Source: Gaiellaceae bacterium
GTDB lineage: Bacteria > Actinomycetota > Thermoleophilia > Gaiellales > Gaiellaceae
Assembly (NCBI GenBank): GCA_035311205.1
Contig: DATGDB010000047.1
Location: 14,914-78,913, forward strand
Reading direction: 5' to 3'
Length of the DNA stretch: 64,000 nt
Both the position numbers and the translations under genes were made by a program. The notes below the pieces were generated by a model. The model had not been told where the DNA came from. It ran no database searches and worked only from the letters and a program-made list of their open reading frames with translations. Positions 36,000-45,843 of the stretch are shown in pieces (positions within the stretch are counted from its first letter, which is position 1; each line of letters begins with the position of its first letter).

Positions 36000-36613
36000 T
36001 GAGCGCCCGCGAGCGGCCGCTGCGGCGGCGCGATCTCGATGCGGATCCACTCCGCCAGTTCGAGCGTTGGTACGAGGAGGCCGCGCGAGTCGTCGAGTTC
36101 CCGGAGACGGTGGCTCTGGCGACGTCGACAGAGGCTGGGAGCCCGTCGGTGCGCATGGTGCTGGCGAAGGGCTTCGATGAGCGCGGCTTCAAGTTTCACA
36201 CCGGTCACGGGAGCCGGAAGGCGCGCGAGCTCGCGGCGACGGGCCGCGGCGCGCTGCTCTTCTATTGGCACCCGCTCGGGCGGCAGGTGCGGATCGAAGG
36301 CCCGGTCGAGCGGGTCTCGGACGAGGAGTCCGAGGAGTACTTTCGGACCCGTCCACGTGGCGGGCAGATCGCGGCGTGGGCCTCGATGCAGAGCGAGGTC
36401 ATCGGCTCACGCGAAGAGCTCGACGCGCGCGTGGCCGAGCTGGAGCGGGAGTTCGAGGGCCGCGCTGTCCCGCTCCCGCCGCACTGGGGCGGCTATCGCC
36501 TGGAACCGGAGGTCTGGGAGTTCTGGCAGCACCGCGAGAGCCGCCTCCACGATCGCTTCCGCTACGAGCGCGATGACGGCGGCCGGTGGACGATCGCACG
36601 ACTCTCTCCTTGA
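35999..36613 (+). CDS. pdxH: Pyridoxamine 5'-phosphate oxidase
   Basis: 204 aa with RMVLAKGFDERGFKFHTGHGSRKAREL, FYWHPLGRQVRIEG, YFRTRPRGGQIAAWAS and WEFWQHRESRLHDRF. Confidence 0.95.
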   Translation: MSARERPLRRRDLDADPLRQFERWYEEAARVVEFPETVALATSTEAGSPSVRMVLAKGFDERGFKFHTGHGSRKARELAATGRGALLFYWHPLGRQVRIEGPVERVSDEESEEYFRTRPRGGQIAAWASMQSEVIGSREELDARVAELEREFEGRAVPLPPHWGGYRLEPEVWEFWQHRESRLHDRFRYERDDGGRWTIARLSP

Positions 36614-36664
36614 GCCATTGCTCGCTTTCGGCGAAAGGTCAGGACCGGTTCGTACAGTGCTCCT

Positions 36665-37717
36665 GTGATCCTCGCGCACCTCGACCTCGACGCCTTCTTC
36701 GCCGCCGTGGAGGAGCTCGAGGACCCCACGCTTCGGACTAAGCCCCTAGTCGTCGGCGGCGATCCGCACGGTCGTGGGGTCGTGGCGACCGCGAACTATG
36801 TCGCCCGCCGGTTCGGGATCCACTCCGCGATGAGCTGTGCCGAGGCGCTGCGCCGTTGCCCGCACGCAGTCTTCGTCCGGCCGCGCCACTCCGTCTACTC
36901 GACGTACTCGAGGGCGGTTTGGGACACCGTGCGCCAGGTCGTGCCGACCGTCGAGCGAACTGGGCTCGACGAGGGCTATCTCGACATCGGCGAGGTCGCT
37001 GCGGACTTCGGAGAAGCGCGGCGCGTGGCCGAGGCGGTCCAGACGGCCGTCCGCGGCGCGACGAGCCTGACGGGCTCGCTCGGCGTCTCGACCTGCAAGG
37101 TCGTGTCCAAGATCGCGAGCGACCAGCGCAAGCCCGGGGGTCTGGTCGTCGTGCGCCCCGGGCAAGAGGCTGCGTTCCTGGCGCCGTTCGATGTGCGCCG
37201 GCTCCCGGGCGTCGGCCCGCGCGCCGAGGCTCGCCTGCGCGCCGCCGGCATCGAGACGATCGGCGCGCTCGCCGCGCTCTCCGACGACCAACTCCGCGCC
37301 CTTCTCCCCGGCAAGGTCGGAAAGCTCCTCCGTGCACGCGCTCGTGGAATCGATCGTCGCGGCCTGGAGCTGCAAGTGCAGCGCGTCTCGATCAGCCAGG
37401 AGGAGACGTTCCCGCAGGACATCTCGGACGTCGAGCAGCTGCGCGCGGAGCTCCGACCCATGGCCGGCGCCCTCGCCGAACACCTGCGCAAAAAGGGGGA
37501 GACGGCGAGGACGGTAACGACCAAGGTTCGGTATCCCGATTTCGCGATCCGGAGCCGCTCGACAACCCTTCCGGTCGGCACCGACGACGCGGATCGCATC
37601 TGGGAGCTCGCCTGCGCGCTCCTCGACCGGGCGCTCGCCGATCGCCCCGGCGCCCTACGGCTGGTCGGCCTCGGTCTCTCCGGTCTCGAAGAACACCGCC
37701 AGCTCTCCCTGGTCTAG
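36665..37717 (+). CDS. dinB: DNA polymerase IV (Y-family)
   Basis: Motifs ILAHLDLDAFFAAVEELEDP, PLVVGG, SLDEGYLD analogue (GLDEGYLDI) and VSTCKVVSKIASDQRKPGG. Confidence 0.95.
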   Translation: MILAHLDLDAFFAAVEELEDPTLRTKPLVVGGDPHGRGVVATANYVARRFGIHSAMSCAEALRRCPHAVFVRPRHSVYSTYSRAVWDTVRQVVPTVERTGLDEGYLDIGEVAADFGEARRVAEAVQTAVRGATSLTGSLGVSTCKVVSKIASDQRKPGGLVVVRPGQEAAFLAPFDVRRLPGVGPRAEARLRAAGIETIGALAALSDDQLRALLPGKVGKLLRARARGIDRRGLELQVQRVSISQEETFPQDISDVEQLRAELRPMAGALAEHLRKKGETARTVTTKVRYPDFAIRSRSTTLPVGTDDADRIWELACALLDRALADRPGALRLVGLGLSGLEEHRQLSLV

Positions 37718-37726
37718 CGTGAACGC

Positions 37727-39208
37727 ATGCGGATCTGGCTCCTCCGTGCGCTGATCGGCGCCGGCGTCGTCGCCGGGCTTGTCCTCGCCGCATGGGTCGG
37801 GAAGGCGTGGTGGGACAGCCGACTCCCGAGCACGTACTCCGCAATGGAGTTTGGGTCAACAGACTACGGCGGAGGGCCCGCACACGACCACGCGGGACAT
37901 GGGGCGATCAGCGTCGACCGACTCGATGGGCCGCGGGCCGGCAAACCGGACTACCGGATTACCCTGGTCGCGCAGAAGTCCGAGGTCGAGCTCGGCCGCG
38001 GCCGGACCACCGAAGCGTGGACCTTCAACGGCAAGGTTCCCGGCCCGGAGATCCGCGTACGCCAGGGCGACCTTGTCGAGGCGATCCTGGTCAACAAGGA
38101 CATCGACGAAGGCGTCACGATCCACTGGCACGGCGTGGACGTGCCGAACGCCGAAGACGGCGTCGCCGGAGTGACACAGGACGCCGTCATGCCGGGTGAG
38201 CGCTACGTCTACCGCTTTCGCGCCGACCAGCTCGGGACGTTCTGGTACCACTCGCACCAGATCTCGTCGCAACAGGTCCGTCGCGGCCTCTACGGGGCGT
38301 TCGTGATCGAGCCGCGCCAGCAGCCGCGCCGCCGCACCCTCGACCTGACGTTCATTGCGCACGACTTCTCGGGCGCAACAGTTCTCGGCTCGCATGCGGG
38401 CAGGCAACGACGGCCCGTTCCCCCCGGCGCGCCCGTGCGGCTGCGGCTGGTCAATTCCAACAGCTTCCCCGAGCGGTTCCACTTCGCCGGGACGGCGTTC
38501 CGTGTAGCCGCGATCGACGGGACGGATCTGAACGGAGCGACGCCCATCGTGGGCAAGCCGCTATTGCTGGGCGCCGGGGCGAGGTACGACATCACATTCG
38601 TCATGCCGCAGTATTCGGTCGGGCTCCGTCTCGACGGCACCATGACGGCGCTCGTGCTGGTCGGCGACCCGGATGACCCCCAGTTCCGCTCGGAGGAACC
38701 CGAAGAAGGCGACGACTTCGACCCGTCAGGCTACGGCCGCCCGAAACCGACGCTCCTCAGCACCACCACGCACTTCGACCGCAGTTTCGTCCTGAAGATC
38801 AGCAAGAAGGTCGGATTCATGAACGGTCGACCCGGCTACCACTGGGCGATCAACGGGAAGCTCTTTCCGGAGACGCCGATGTACATGGTCTCCAGAGGCG
38901 ACCTCGTGAAGTTCAAGATCGTCAACGACACCGGCTCGGTCCACCCGATGCACCTACACGGCCACCACGTCCTGGTCCTGAGCCGCGACGGCAAGCCGAC
39001 CACCGGAAGCCCGTGGTGGGTCGACACGCTCAACGTCGAGGGCCACGAGGAGTACGAGGTCGCCTTCCGCGCCGACAACCCCGGCATCTGGATGGACCAC
39101 TGCCACAACCTCCCGCACGCGCGAGACGGCCTCACGATGCACGTGGCCTACGAAGGGGTGACGACGCCGTTCCGTCTGGGCGACGGCCCGGACAACCACC
39201 CCGAGTGA
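37727..39208 (+). CDS. Multicopper oxidase (membrane-anchored or secreted)
   Basis: Copper-binding motifs HWHGV, WYHSH, HPMHLHGH and HCHNLPHARDGL. The N-terminus is hydrophobic. Confidence 0.9.
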   Translation: MRIWLLRALIGAGVVAGLVLAAWVGKAWWDSRLPSTYSAMEFGSTDYGGGPAHDHAGHGAISVDRLDGPRAGKPDYRITLVAQKSEVELGRGRTTEAWTFNGKVPGPEIRVRQGDLVEAILVNKDIDEGVTIHWHGVDVPNAEDGVAGVTQDAVMPGERYVYRFRADQLGTFWYHSHQISSQQVRRGLYGAFVIEPRQQPRRRTLDLTFIAHDFSGATVLGSHAGRQRRPVPPGAPVRLRLVNSNSFPERFHFAGTAFRVAAIDGTDLNGATPIVGKPLLLGAGARYDITFVMPQYSVGLRLDGTMTALVLVGDPDDPQFRSEEPEEGDDFDPSGYGRPKPTLLSTTTHFDRSFVLKISKKVGFMNGRPGYHWAINGKLFPETPMYMVSRGDLVKFKIVNDTGSVHPMHLHGHHVLVLSRDGKPTTGSPWWVDTLNVEGHEEYEVAFRADNPGIWMDHCHNLPHARDGLTMHVAYEGVTTPFRLGDGPDNHPE

Positions 39209-39215
39209 GGCCCGT

Positions 39216-39674
39216 TTACGTCGCCGGCGGTGAGGTCGCCGGTGCGGCCTCGGGAGCCGCTTCCCTTATGGGCTCCCGCCACATTCGCATCGTGAGCGCC
39301 GCAACTGCCCCGAGGATGACAAAGGCGTTCAGCGGATGCAGCGCGCCGAAGACCCCGGGAACCGCTGCGCCCGTCCAGGCCAGGAGCAGCTGGAGGATCA
39401 GGAGCCCGAAGATGCCGAGCGCGTGCAGAACGCGCGGACGCCCGACTCGGGCCACGAGAGCGAAGACGAAGGTCAGGAGGCCGCCGAGGATGACGAGGTA
39501 GCCGAAGCCGATGTGGAGCCCGAAGCTGTCCTCGAAGGACTGCTCGTCTACCGTTCCGTTGGAGACCTTGTCGGCAGTGTCGAACGCGCCGTAGCCGGCA
39601 AACGCGATCTGAAGCACGACGAGTGCAAGCATCACCACCATCCACCAGCGGAAAAACGTGCGCAACGCGGTCAT
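39216..39674 (-). CDS. Hypothetical integral membrane protein (4 TM)
   Basis: 152 aa with four hydrophobic segments and good GC3 codon usage, convergent with the oxidase gene. I recognise no family with confidence. Confidence 0.6.
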   Translation of the reverse strand: MTALRTFFRWWMVVMLALVVLQIAFAGYGAFDTADKVSNGTVDEQSFEDSFGLHIGFGYLVILGGLLTFVFALVARVGRPRVLHALGIFGLLILQLLLAWTGAAVPGVFGALHPLNAFVILGAVAALTMRMWREPIREAAPEAAPATSPPAT

Positions 39675-39731
39675 TGTCGATCGCCTCCCTTCGTTCTCTA
39701 GACCGCCTGACTCTGCGCTAGTTTCCTGCGG

Positions 39732-40613
39732 GTGTCAATCGAGCCCACCACGCGACTTGCCGCCGCGGCAGGAACCGTCACTCTCGCCGACCTGACCGTG
39801 AACCGAATGGCCTTCGGCGCCATGCGCCTGACCGGGCCCGGCGTCATCGGCGAGCCCGACGATCCGGAGAACGCGAAGGCCGTCCTGCGCCGCGCCGTCG
39901 AGCTCGGAGTGAACTTCGTCGACACCGCGGACTCCTACGGCCCCGAAGTCAACGAGCATCAGATCGCCGAGGCGCTGCACCCGTATCCGGACGATCTCGT
40001 GATCGCGACCAAGGGCGGCCTCACCCACGAGCGACAGGGCGAATGGCTGCGCGACGGGCGGCCGGAGCATCTTCGCGCGTCCTGCGAGGGCAGCCTACGG
40101 CGCCTGCGCGTCGAGCGAATCGACCTCTACCAGCTCCATTCGGTGGATCCGTTGGTGCCGCTCGAGGAATCCCTCGGCGCGCTCGCCGAGCTCCAGCAAG
40201 AGGGGAAGATCCGGCACATCGGCCTCTCCAACGTCGACACGAGGCAGGTGGCCCAGGCACGCGAGACCGTCACGATCGTCTGCGTCCAGAATCGATACAA
40301 CGTCGCCGACCGCCATTCCGAAGGGGTTCTCGAGGCGTGTGAGCGCGAGGGGATCGCGTTCCTCCCCTGGTTCCCGCTCGGGTTCGGGGAGTTGACGCGT
40401 GGCGCGGGTCGGATAGCCGAGGTAGCGGTGAGGCACGGCGCGAGTCGCGCGCAGGTCGCACTCGCCTGGCTCCTCCAGCGCTCGCCCTTCATGCTCGTGA
40501 TTCCGGGAACCTCGTCGCTCGAGCATCTAGAAGAGAACGTCGGGGCGGCTTCGCTCGAGCTCTCGGAGACCGAGTTCGGAGACCTCAACCGGGCGGCGCG
40601 GGCGACGCTTTAA
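39732..40613 (+). CDS. Aldo/keto reductase
   Basis: Motifs GAMRLTG, VNFVDTADSYG, IDLYQLH, GLSNV and IPGTSSLEHLEEN. Confidence 0.9.
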   Translation: MSIEPTTRLAAAAGTVTLADLTVNRMAFGAMRLTGPGVIGEPDDPENAKAVLRRAVELGVNFVDTADSYGPEVNEHQIAEALHPYPDDLVIATKGGLTHERQGEWLRDGRPEHLRASCEGSLRRLRVERIDLYQLHSVDPLVPLEESLGALAELQQEGKIRHIGLSNVDTRQVAQARETVTIVCVQNRYNVADRHSEGVLEACEREGIAFLPWFPLGFGELTRGAGRIAEVAVRHGASRAQVALAWLLQRSPFMLVIPGTSSLEHLEENVGAASLELSETEFGDLNRAARATL

Positions 40614-40789
40614 GCCAGCAGCTGCGAGACCGTCACCGGCACGAGGCCGCGCGCTTTGAGAGCCGGGAGGACGATCTCGAGCCCTTCGATCGTTCCCTCT
40701 TGCGCGCGCCGCCCGTCGTACGGGTCGACGATCGAGCCCGGCTCGACTGCGGCGAGGACTCGCTCGACGATGACGTCGCGGGCTCGACC
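40610..40789 (-). pseudogene. Headless C-terminal remnant of a polysaccharide deacetylase (NodB-homology) gene
   Basis: A 59-codon open frame without any start codon: [59 protein letters not shown]. It matches the usual C-terminus (..GSIxLxHD..T..AL..ILP.LKARGY.FVTVSELL) and is bounded upstream by TAG at 40790-40792. Confidence 0.55.
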
Positions 40790-40803
40790 CTACAATCCGC
40801 GCC

Positions 40804-41379
40804 GTGGTTCTCTCAGACCGAACGATCCGCCGGCTGATCGAGGAGGGCCGGATCCTGATCGATCCGTACGACGAGTCGCTGCTCCAACCCTCGAGCGTTG
40901 ACGTTCGCGTCGATCGCTACTTCCGCGTCTTCCACAACGCGCGCTACCCGTTCATCGACGTGAAGGAGCCGCAGGAGGACCTCACCGAGCTGGTCGAGGT
41001 GGGCGACGAGGCGCCGTTCATCCTGCACCCCGGCGAGTTCGTCCTCGCCTCGACGCTCGAGCGGATCGCGCTCCCGGATGACCTTGTGGCCAGACTGGAG
41101 GGCAAGTCGAGCCTGGGCCGGCTGGGCTTGCTCATCCACTCGACGGCAGGGTTCATCGACCCCGGCTGGGACGGCCACGTCACGCTCGAGCTCTCGAACG
41201 TCGCCAACCTCCCGATCACGATCTACCACCGGATGAAGATCGGGCAGCTGTCGTTCGTCCAGCTCTCGGAGCCAGCCGAGCGGCCCTACGGCTCGGGTGA
41301 CCTCGGCTCGAAGTACCAGGGGCAGCAAGGCCCGACCCCGAGCAGGTACTGGCAGAACTTCCGCGAGCACGTCACGTGA
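40804..41379 (+). CDS. dcd: dCTP deaminase
   Basis: 191 aa: [68 protein letters not shown]. Confidence 0.95.
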   Translation: MVLSDRTIRRLIEEGRILIDPYDESLLQPSSVDVRVDRYFRVFHNARYPFIDVKEPQEDLTELVEVGDEAPFILHPGEFVLASTLERIALPDDLVARLEGKSSLGRLGLLIHSTAGFIDPGWDGHVTLELSNVANLPITIYHRMKIGQLSFVQLSEPAERPYGSGDLGSKYQGQQGPTPSRYWQNFREHVT

Positions 41380-42272
41380 AGGTCCTCGTCACCGGCGCGA
41401 CCGGCTTCGTCGGGCCTGCGGTTGCGAATGCGATCGTCGACGCCGGCCACGAGGTCCGCGTGCTGGAGCGCAAGCCCGGAGCGTGGAAGGAGGCCGGGAT
41501 CCGCTGCCAGGAGGCCGCTGAGGGCGACGTCACCGACCTGGCGAGCCTGCGCCGGGCGGTACGGGGGATCGAGGTGGTCGTCCACCTCGTAGCGATCCGG
41601 CAGGGAAAGCGGGAACAGTTCCAGCGGGTGATGGTCGGCGGCACCCGGAACCTGATCGCGGCCGCGAACGAGGTCGGAGCCCGGCGCTTCGTCCTGATGA
41701 GCGCGCTCGGGGTGACCGAGCAGACGAAGGACCTCGTGCCCTACTACAACGCAAAGTGGACGATGGAGCAGGACCTGGAGCGCTCCGCGCTCGAGCACGT
41801 GATCTTCCGGCCGAGCTTCATCTTCGGGCGCGAGGGCGGGATCCTCCCCACCTTCCTCAAGATGGCGAAGCTCGCGCCGTTCACTGCGATCATGGGGAGC
41901 GGCGAGCAGCGGATCCAGCCGATCTGGCTCGACGACGTGGGTGCCTACTTCGCACAGTCGATCGACGACGCCGAGGCAGCGCGCCGCACCTTCGAGGTCG
42001 GCGGGCCCGACGTCGTGACCTGGAACGAGCTCTGGGAGCGGATCAGAGAGACGCTCGGCATCCGCCGCCGGCCGACGCTGCACATGCCGATCGCGCTGAT
42101 GCGTGCGCCGGCCGTGGTCACCGAGCGGCTACCGGGCGATATTCCGCTCACCCGAGACCTCCTCACGATGCTCGAGGCAGGCGACAACGTGGTCTCGAAC
42201 GACAACGCCGCCGAGACGTTCCAGATCCCGCTCGTCCCGCTGGACGAGCAGCTGCGCCGGGCGGCCGGCTAG
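41376..42272 (+). CDS. NAD(P)-binding atypical SDR (NDUFA9 / NmrA-like epimerase family)
   Basis: [16 protein letters not shown] Rossmann motif and YYNAKW (YxxxK). GTGA overlap with dcd. Confidence 0.85.
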   Translation: MKVLVTGATGFVGPAVANAIVDAGHEVRVLERKPGAWKEAGIRCQEAAEGDVTDLASLRRAVRGIEVVVHLVAIRQGKREQFQRVMVGGTRNLIAAANEVGARRFVLMSALGVTEQTKDLVPYYNAKWTMEQDLERSALEHVIFRPSFIFGREGGILPTFLKMAKLAPFTAIMGSGEQRIQPIWLDDVGAYFAQSIDDAEAARRTFEVGGPDVVTWNELWERIRETLGIRRRPTLHMPIALMRAPAVVTERLPGDIPLTRDLLTMLEAGDNVVSNDNAAETFQIPLVPLDEQLRRAAG

Positions 42273-44095
42273 GCGGGAGCGCCGGCGCTGACGAGCGAGC
42301 GCGCTGCGGCGGCGATGTGGTCGGCGTCGATTCCCGCCGCGGCGAGCAGCTCTGCAGGCTTGCCGGAGTGCGGCATCTCGCGCACGGCGAGCAGCGACAC
42401 GGGCGGACGTTCGTCGCTGTCCGCGAGCGCCGCGAGCACTGCCTCGCCGAGGCCGCCCTCGGCCCAGTGATCCTCGACGGTCACAATCGGGGTTCCGATG
42501 CTCCGGAGTGTCTCGGCGTCGATCGGCTTGACGGAGTAGCAGTCGATCACGCGCGCCGAGATTCCCTCTGACTCGAGGGTGTCTGCCGCCTTGAGCGCCT
42601 CGCGGACGGTGATCCCGGCGGCGACGATCGTGACGTCCTCGTCGTCGGGCGAGCGGAGCGTCTTGCTCCCGCCGACCGGGAACTCCTCGTCCGCGCCGTA
42701 GATCACCGGCGTGTCGCTCCGGGTTGTCCGCAGGTAGGCGATGCCGCCGAGGTCGGCCATCGCCCGTACGAGCTTGGCCGTCTCGTTCCCGTCGCATGGG
42801 TAGAGGACGGTCGAGCTGTTGACGGCGCGGAATGCGGCGAGGTCCTCGAGTCCCATCTGCGAAGGCCCGTCCTCGCCGATCGAGACACCGGCGTGTGATC
42901 CGCAGACCTTGATCGTCGCCCGGCTGACGGCCGCCATGCGGACGAAGTCGTAGGCCCGGCTGGTGAAGGCCGCGAACGTCGAGGCGAACGGCTTCCAGCC
43001 GAGCACCTGCATCCCGACTGCGGCGGCGATCATCTGCTGCTCGGCGATGTACATCTCGAAGAACCGCTCGGGGTGGGCATCGCGGAAGATCTCGGAGAAG
43101 GTCGAGTTGGAGACCTCGCCGTCCAGCGCGACCACGGTGCCGTCGTCGCCGCCGAGAGCCGCGAGCGCCTCACCGTAAGCCTTGCGAGTCGAGATCTCCG
43201 ATCCGACCTCGTACGCGGGCCACTCCTGCGGCTCGGGCTCGAAGTGATGCGGCTCGCGTTGCTCCGGCTTGGGGACGTCCACGATGATGTTCCGGAGGCC
43301 GCCCAGCTCCTCGATCGCCTCCTCGGCGATCGCCTTCCCGTGCCAGCCGTTCTGGTTCTCGACCTTCGAGTACCCCTTGCCCTTGATCGTCCTGGCGACG
43401 ACGGCGGTCGGCTTGCCGGTGGATTCGGCTTCCCGGTAGGCCGCGTCGATCTGCTCCACGTCGTGGCCGTCGATCTCGATCGTGTGCCAGCCGAAGGCGC
43501 GCAGGCGCTCGGAGTAGGACGAGAGGTCCCACCCGTGCATGGTCTGGCCGCGCTGGCCGAGCCGGTTGACGTCGATGATCGCGGTCAGATTGTCGAGCTC
43601 GTAGAAGGCAGCGTGCTCGGCCGCTTCCCACATCGAGCCCTCGGCCATCTCACTGTCGCCGCAGATGACCCAGACGCGGAACGGCAGCCGGTCGAGCCGC
43701 TTGCCGGCGATCGCCATCCCGACGCCGATCGGCAACCCCTGTCCAAGGGAGCCGGTCGCGACGTCGACCCAGGGCAGCACGGGCGTCGGGTGTCCCTCGA
43801 GCCTGCTCCCGAACTGCCTGTAGGTCATGAACTCCTCTTCCGACAGCGCACCGGCGGCGCGGAACAGCCCGTAGACGAGCGGTGACGCATGCCCCTTCGA
43901 GAAGATCAGGCGGTCGTTCGCGGGGCTCTTCGGATCGTCGAAGTCGTAGCGGAAGTGGGCAGCGAGGAGCACGGCCGCCAGGTCGGCGGCGGACATCGAC
44001 GAGGTCGGGTGGCCTGAGCCGGCTTTTGCACTGGCGCGAACGGCGTCAACGCGCAGCTGCTGCCCGAGCTCCCGCCAGAGGTCTGAGTCGCCCAT
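42269..44095 (-). CDS. tkt: Transketolase
   Basis: 608 aa with GSGHPTSSMSAADL, GSLGQGLPIGVGMA, the TPP motif ICGDSEMAEGSMWEA...NLTAIIDVN and the transketolase pyrimidine-binding/C-terminal domains. Confidence 0.95.
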   Translation of the reverse strand: MGDSDLWRELGQQLRVDAVRASAKAGSGHPTSSMSAADLAAVLLAAHFRYDFDDPKSPANDRLIFSKGHASPLVYGLFRAAGALSEEEFMTYRQFGSRLEGHPTPVLPWVDVATGSLGQGLPIGVGMAIAGKRLDRLPFRVWVICGDSEMAEGSMWEAAEHAAFYELDNLTAIIDVNRLGQRGQTMHGWDLSSYSERLRAFGWHTIEIDGHDVEQIDAAYREAESTGKPTAVVARTIKGKGYSKVENQNGWHGKAIAEEAIEELGGLRNIIVDVPKPEQREPHHFEPEPQEWPAYEVGSEISTRKAYGEALAALGGDDGTVVALDGEVSNSTFSEIFRDAHPERFFEMYIAEQQMIAAAVGMQVLGWKPFASTFAAFTSRAYDFVRMAAVSRATIKVCGSHAGVSIGEDGPSQMGLEDLAAFRAVNSSTVLYPCDGNETAKLVRAMADLGGIAYLRTTRSDTPVIYGADEEFPVGGSKTLRSPDDEDVTIVAAGITVREALKAADTLESEGISARVIDCYSVKPIDAETLRSIGTPIVTVEDHWAEGGLGEAVLAALADSDERPPVSLLAVREMPHSGKPAELLAAAGIDADHIAAAARSLVSAGAPA

Positions 44096-44117
44096 GTAGG
44101 GGTAACGTAGTCGAGGG

Positions 44118-44576
44118 ATGAGAGTTGCTGTGGCGTTTGACCACCGCGGCGTGAAGCTTCGCGACCGCGTGCTGGAGGAGGTTCAGCGGCTTGGGCACGA
44201 GCCGGTGGACCTGGGGACCGACAAATCAACGCCGCGCATCGACTATCCGGACAAGGCGAGGGAGATCGGGGAGGCGATTGGCGCAGGTGACGCCGAGCGC
44301 GCCATCTTCGTCTGCGGGTCCGGCGTCGGTGCCTCGGTGGCGGCCTCGAAGCTGGCCGGGATCCGGGCCGCGATCTGTCACGACACGTACTCGGCCAGGC
44401 AAGGTGTAGAGCACGACGACATGAACGTGCTCTGCATCGGCTCAGGAGTCGCCGGGGCCGACCTTACCGCCGAGCTGGTCACGGCCTTTCTCGGGGCCGA
44501 GTTCAGCGGCGCAGAGCGCTACCGCAGAAGGCTTGAGAAGATCGAAGCGATAGAAAGGGAGGGCCTGAATGTCTAA
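44118..44576 (+). CDS. rpiB: Ribose-5-phosphate isomerase B
   Basis: 152 aa: MRVAVAFDHRGVKLR, FVCGSGVGASVAASKLAGIRAA.CHD.YSA...VEHDDMNVLCIG. Confidence 0.95.
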   Translation: MRVAVAFDHRGVKLRDRVLEEVQRLGHEPVDLGTDKSTPRIDYPDKAREIGEAIGAGDAERAIFVCGSGVGASVAASKLAGIRAAICHDTYSARQGVEHDDMNVLCIGSGVAGADLTAELVTAFLGAEFSGAERYRRRLEKIEAIEREGLNV

Positions 44577-45732
44577 ATCGCGCCTCCATCAGCTGAGCGA
44601 GCTCGGCCAGAGCGTCTGGATCGATTCACTCTCGCGCGAGTGGCTCCGGACCGGCGAGCTCCAGCGCATGATGGACGAGGATGCCGTCGTCGGCGTCACG
44701 TCCAATCCGACCATCTTCGAGAAGGCGATGTCAGAAGGGGGCTGGTACGACGACCAGCTCCGCGAGGTGCTGGCCGAGGAGGACGATCTGAAGGAGATCT
44801 TCCTCCGGCTCGCGTTCGACGACATCACCGAGGCCTGCGACCTGTTCCACCCGGTATGGCAACGGACCGACGGGGTGGACGGCCGCGTCTCGCTGGAGGT
44901 CGATCCGAACTTCGCGAACGACACCGAGGCGACGATCGAGGAGGCGCAGCGCTTCCACGACACGATCGATCGCCCGAACCTGTACGTGAAGATCCCGGCC
45001 ACGAAGGAAGGCCTGCCCGCGATCGAGGAGATGATCGCGCGCGGCAAGAGCATCAACGTCACGCTGATCTTCTCGCTGCAGCGCTACGCCGAGGTCGCCG
45101 AGGCGTACATCCGCGGCCTCGAGCGGCTCGTCGCCGGAGGCGGCGACCTGGCGAACACACTGTCGGTCGCGAGCTTCTTCGTTTCCCGAGTCGACACGGA
45201 GACGGACAAGCGGCTCGACACGATCGGCGGGGCCGACGACCTCAAGGGCCGCCTCGCGATCGCGAATGCGAAGCTCGCGTACCACCGCTACAAGGAGATC
45301 TTCTCCGGAGGCCGCTGGGAGGCGCTCGCGGCGCGGGGCGCGAGGCCGCAACGGTGCCTGTGGGCCTCCACGTCCACGAAGAACCCGGCCTACCGCGACG
45401 TGATGTATGTCGAGGAGCTGATCGGCCCCGAGACGGTGAACACCATGCCGAAGGAGACGATCGAGGCGTTCCAGGACCACGGCGAGGTTCGCCCGACGCT
45501 CGAAGAAGGCCTGGACGAGGCACACCAGCTCTTCGAGGAGCTGGCACGGGTGGGGATCGACTACGACGACGTGACGCGAGTGCTCGAGGAGGAGGGTGTT
45601 CAGAAGTTCGCCGACTCCTTCGAGGAGCTCCTCGAAGGCATCCGCGCCAAGCGCGGCGAGCTCGTCTCGGCGCCCGCTCACCTGGCCGCCGGCGGCTCCC
45701 GCCGGGCGGAGCCCGGCTCCGCCGCCGGCTGA
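44569..45732 (+). CDS. tal: Transaldolase (long actinobacterial type)
   Basis: Motifs GQSVWIDSLSR, GVTSNPTIFEKA, VSLEVDP, YVKIPATKEG and INVTLIFS. Confidence 0.95.
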   Translation: MSKSRLHQLSELGQSVWIDSLSREWLRTGELQRMMDEDAVVGVTSNPTIFEKAMSEGGWYDDQLREVLAEEDDLKEIFLRLAFDDITEACDLFHPVWQRTDGVDGRVSLEVDPNFANDTEATIEEAQRFHDTIDRPNLYVKIPATKEGLPAIEEMIARGKSINVTLIFSLQRYAEVAEAYIRGLERLVAGGGDLANTLSVASFFVSRVDTETDKRLDTIGGADDLKGRLAIANAKLAYHRYKEIFSGGRWEALAARGARPQRCLWASTSTKNPAYRDVMYVEELIGPETVNTMPKETIEAFQDHGEVRPTLEEGLDEAHQLFEELARVGIDYDDVTRVLEEEGVQKFADSFEELLEGIRAKRGELVSAPAHLAAGGSRRAEPGSAAG

Positions 45733-45755
45733 CGAAGCTGGCCGCAGGATGCTGC

Positions 45756-45805
45756 GCTCGCTGAGCTGGTCCGTACTGATCTGTACTGTCCTGCGCTCAG
45801 CGAGC
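45756..45805 (+). promoter_or_regulatory. Hairpin in the tal-pgi intergenic region
   Basis: A perfect 11-bp stem, gctcgctgagc ... gctcagcgagc, encloses a 28-nt loop that contains the direct repeat gtactg-atct-gtactg. Confidence 0.4.
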
Positions 45806-45843
45806 TTGCCTCCTTTGCCAGCTCCGCCCCAGGAGACCGGGAC

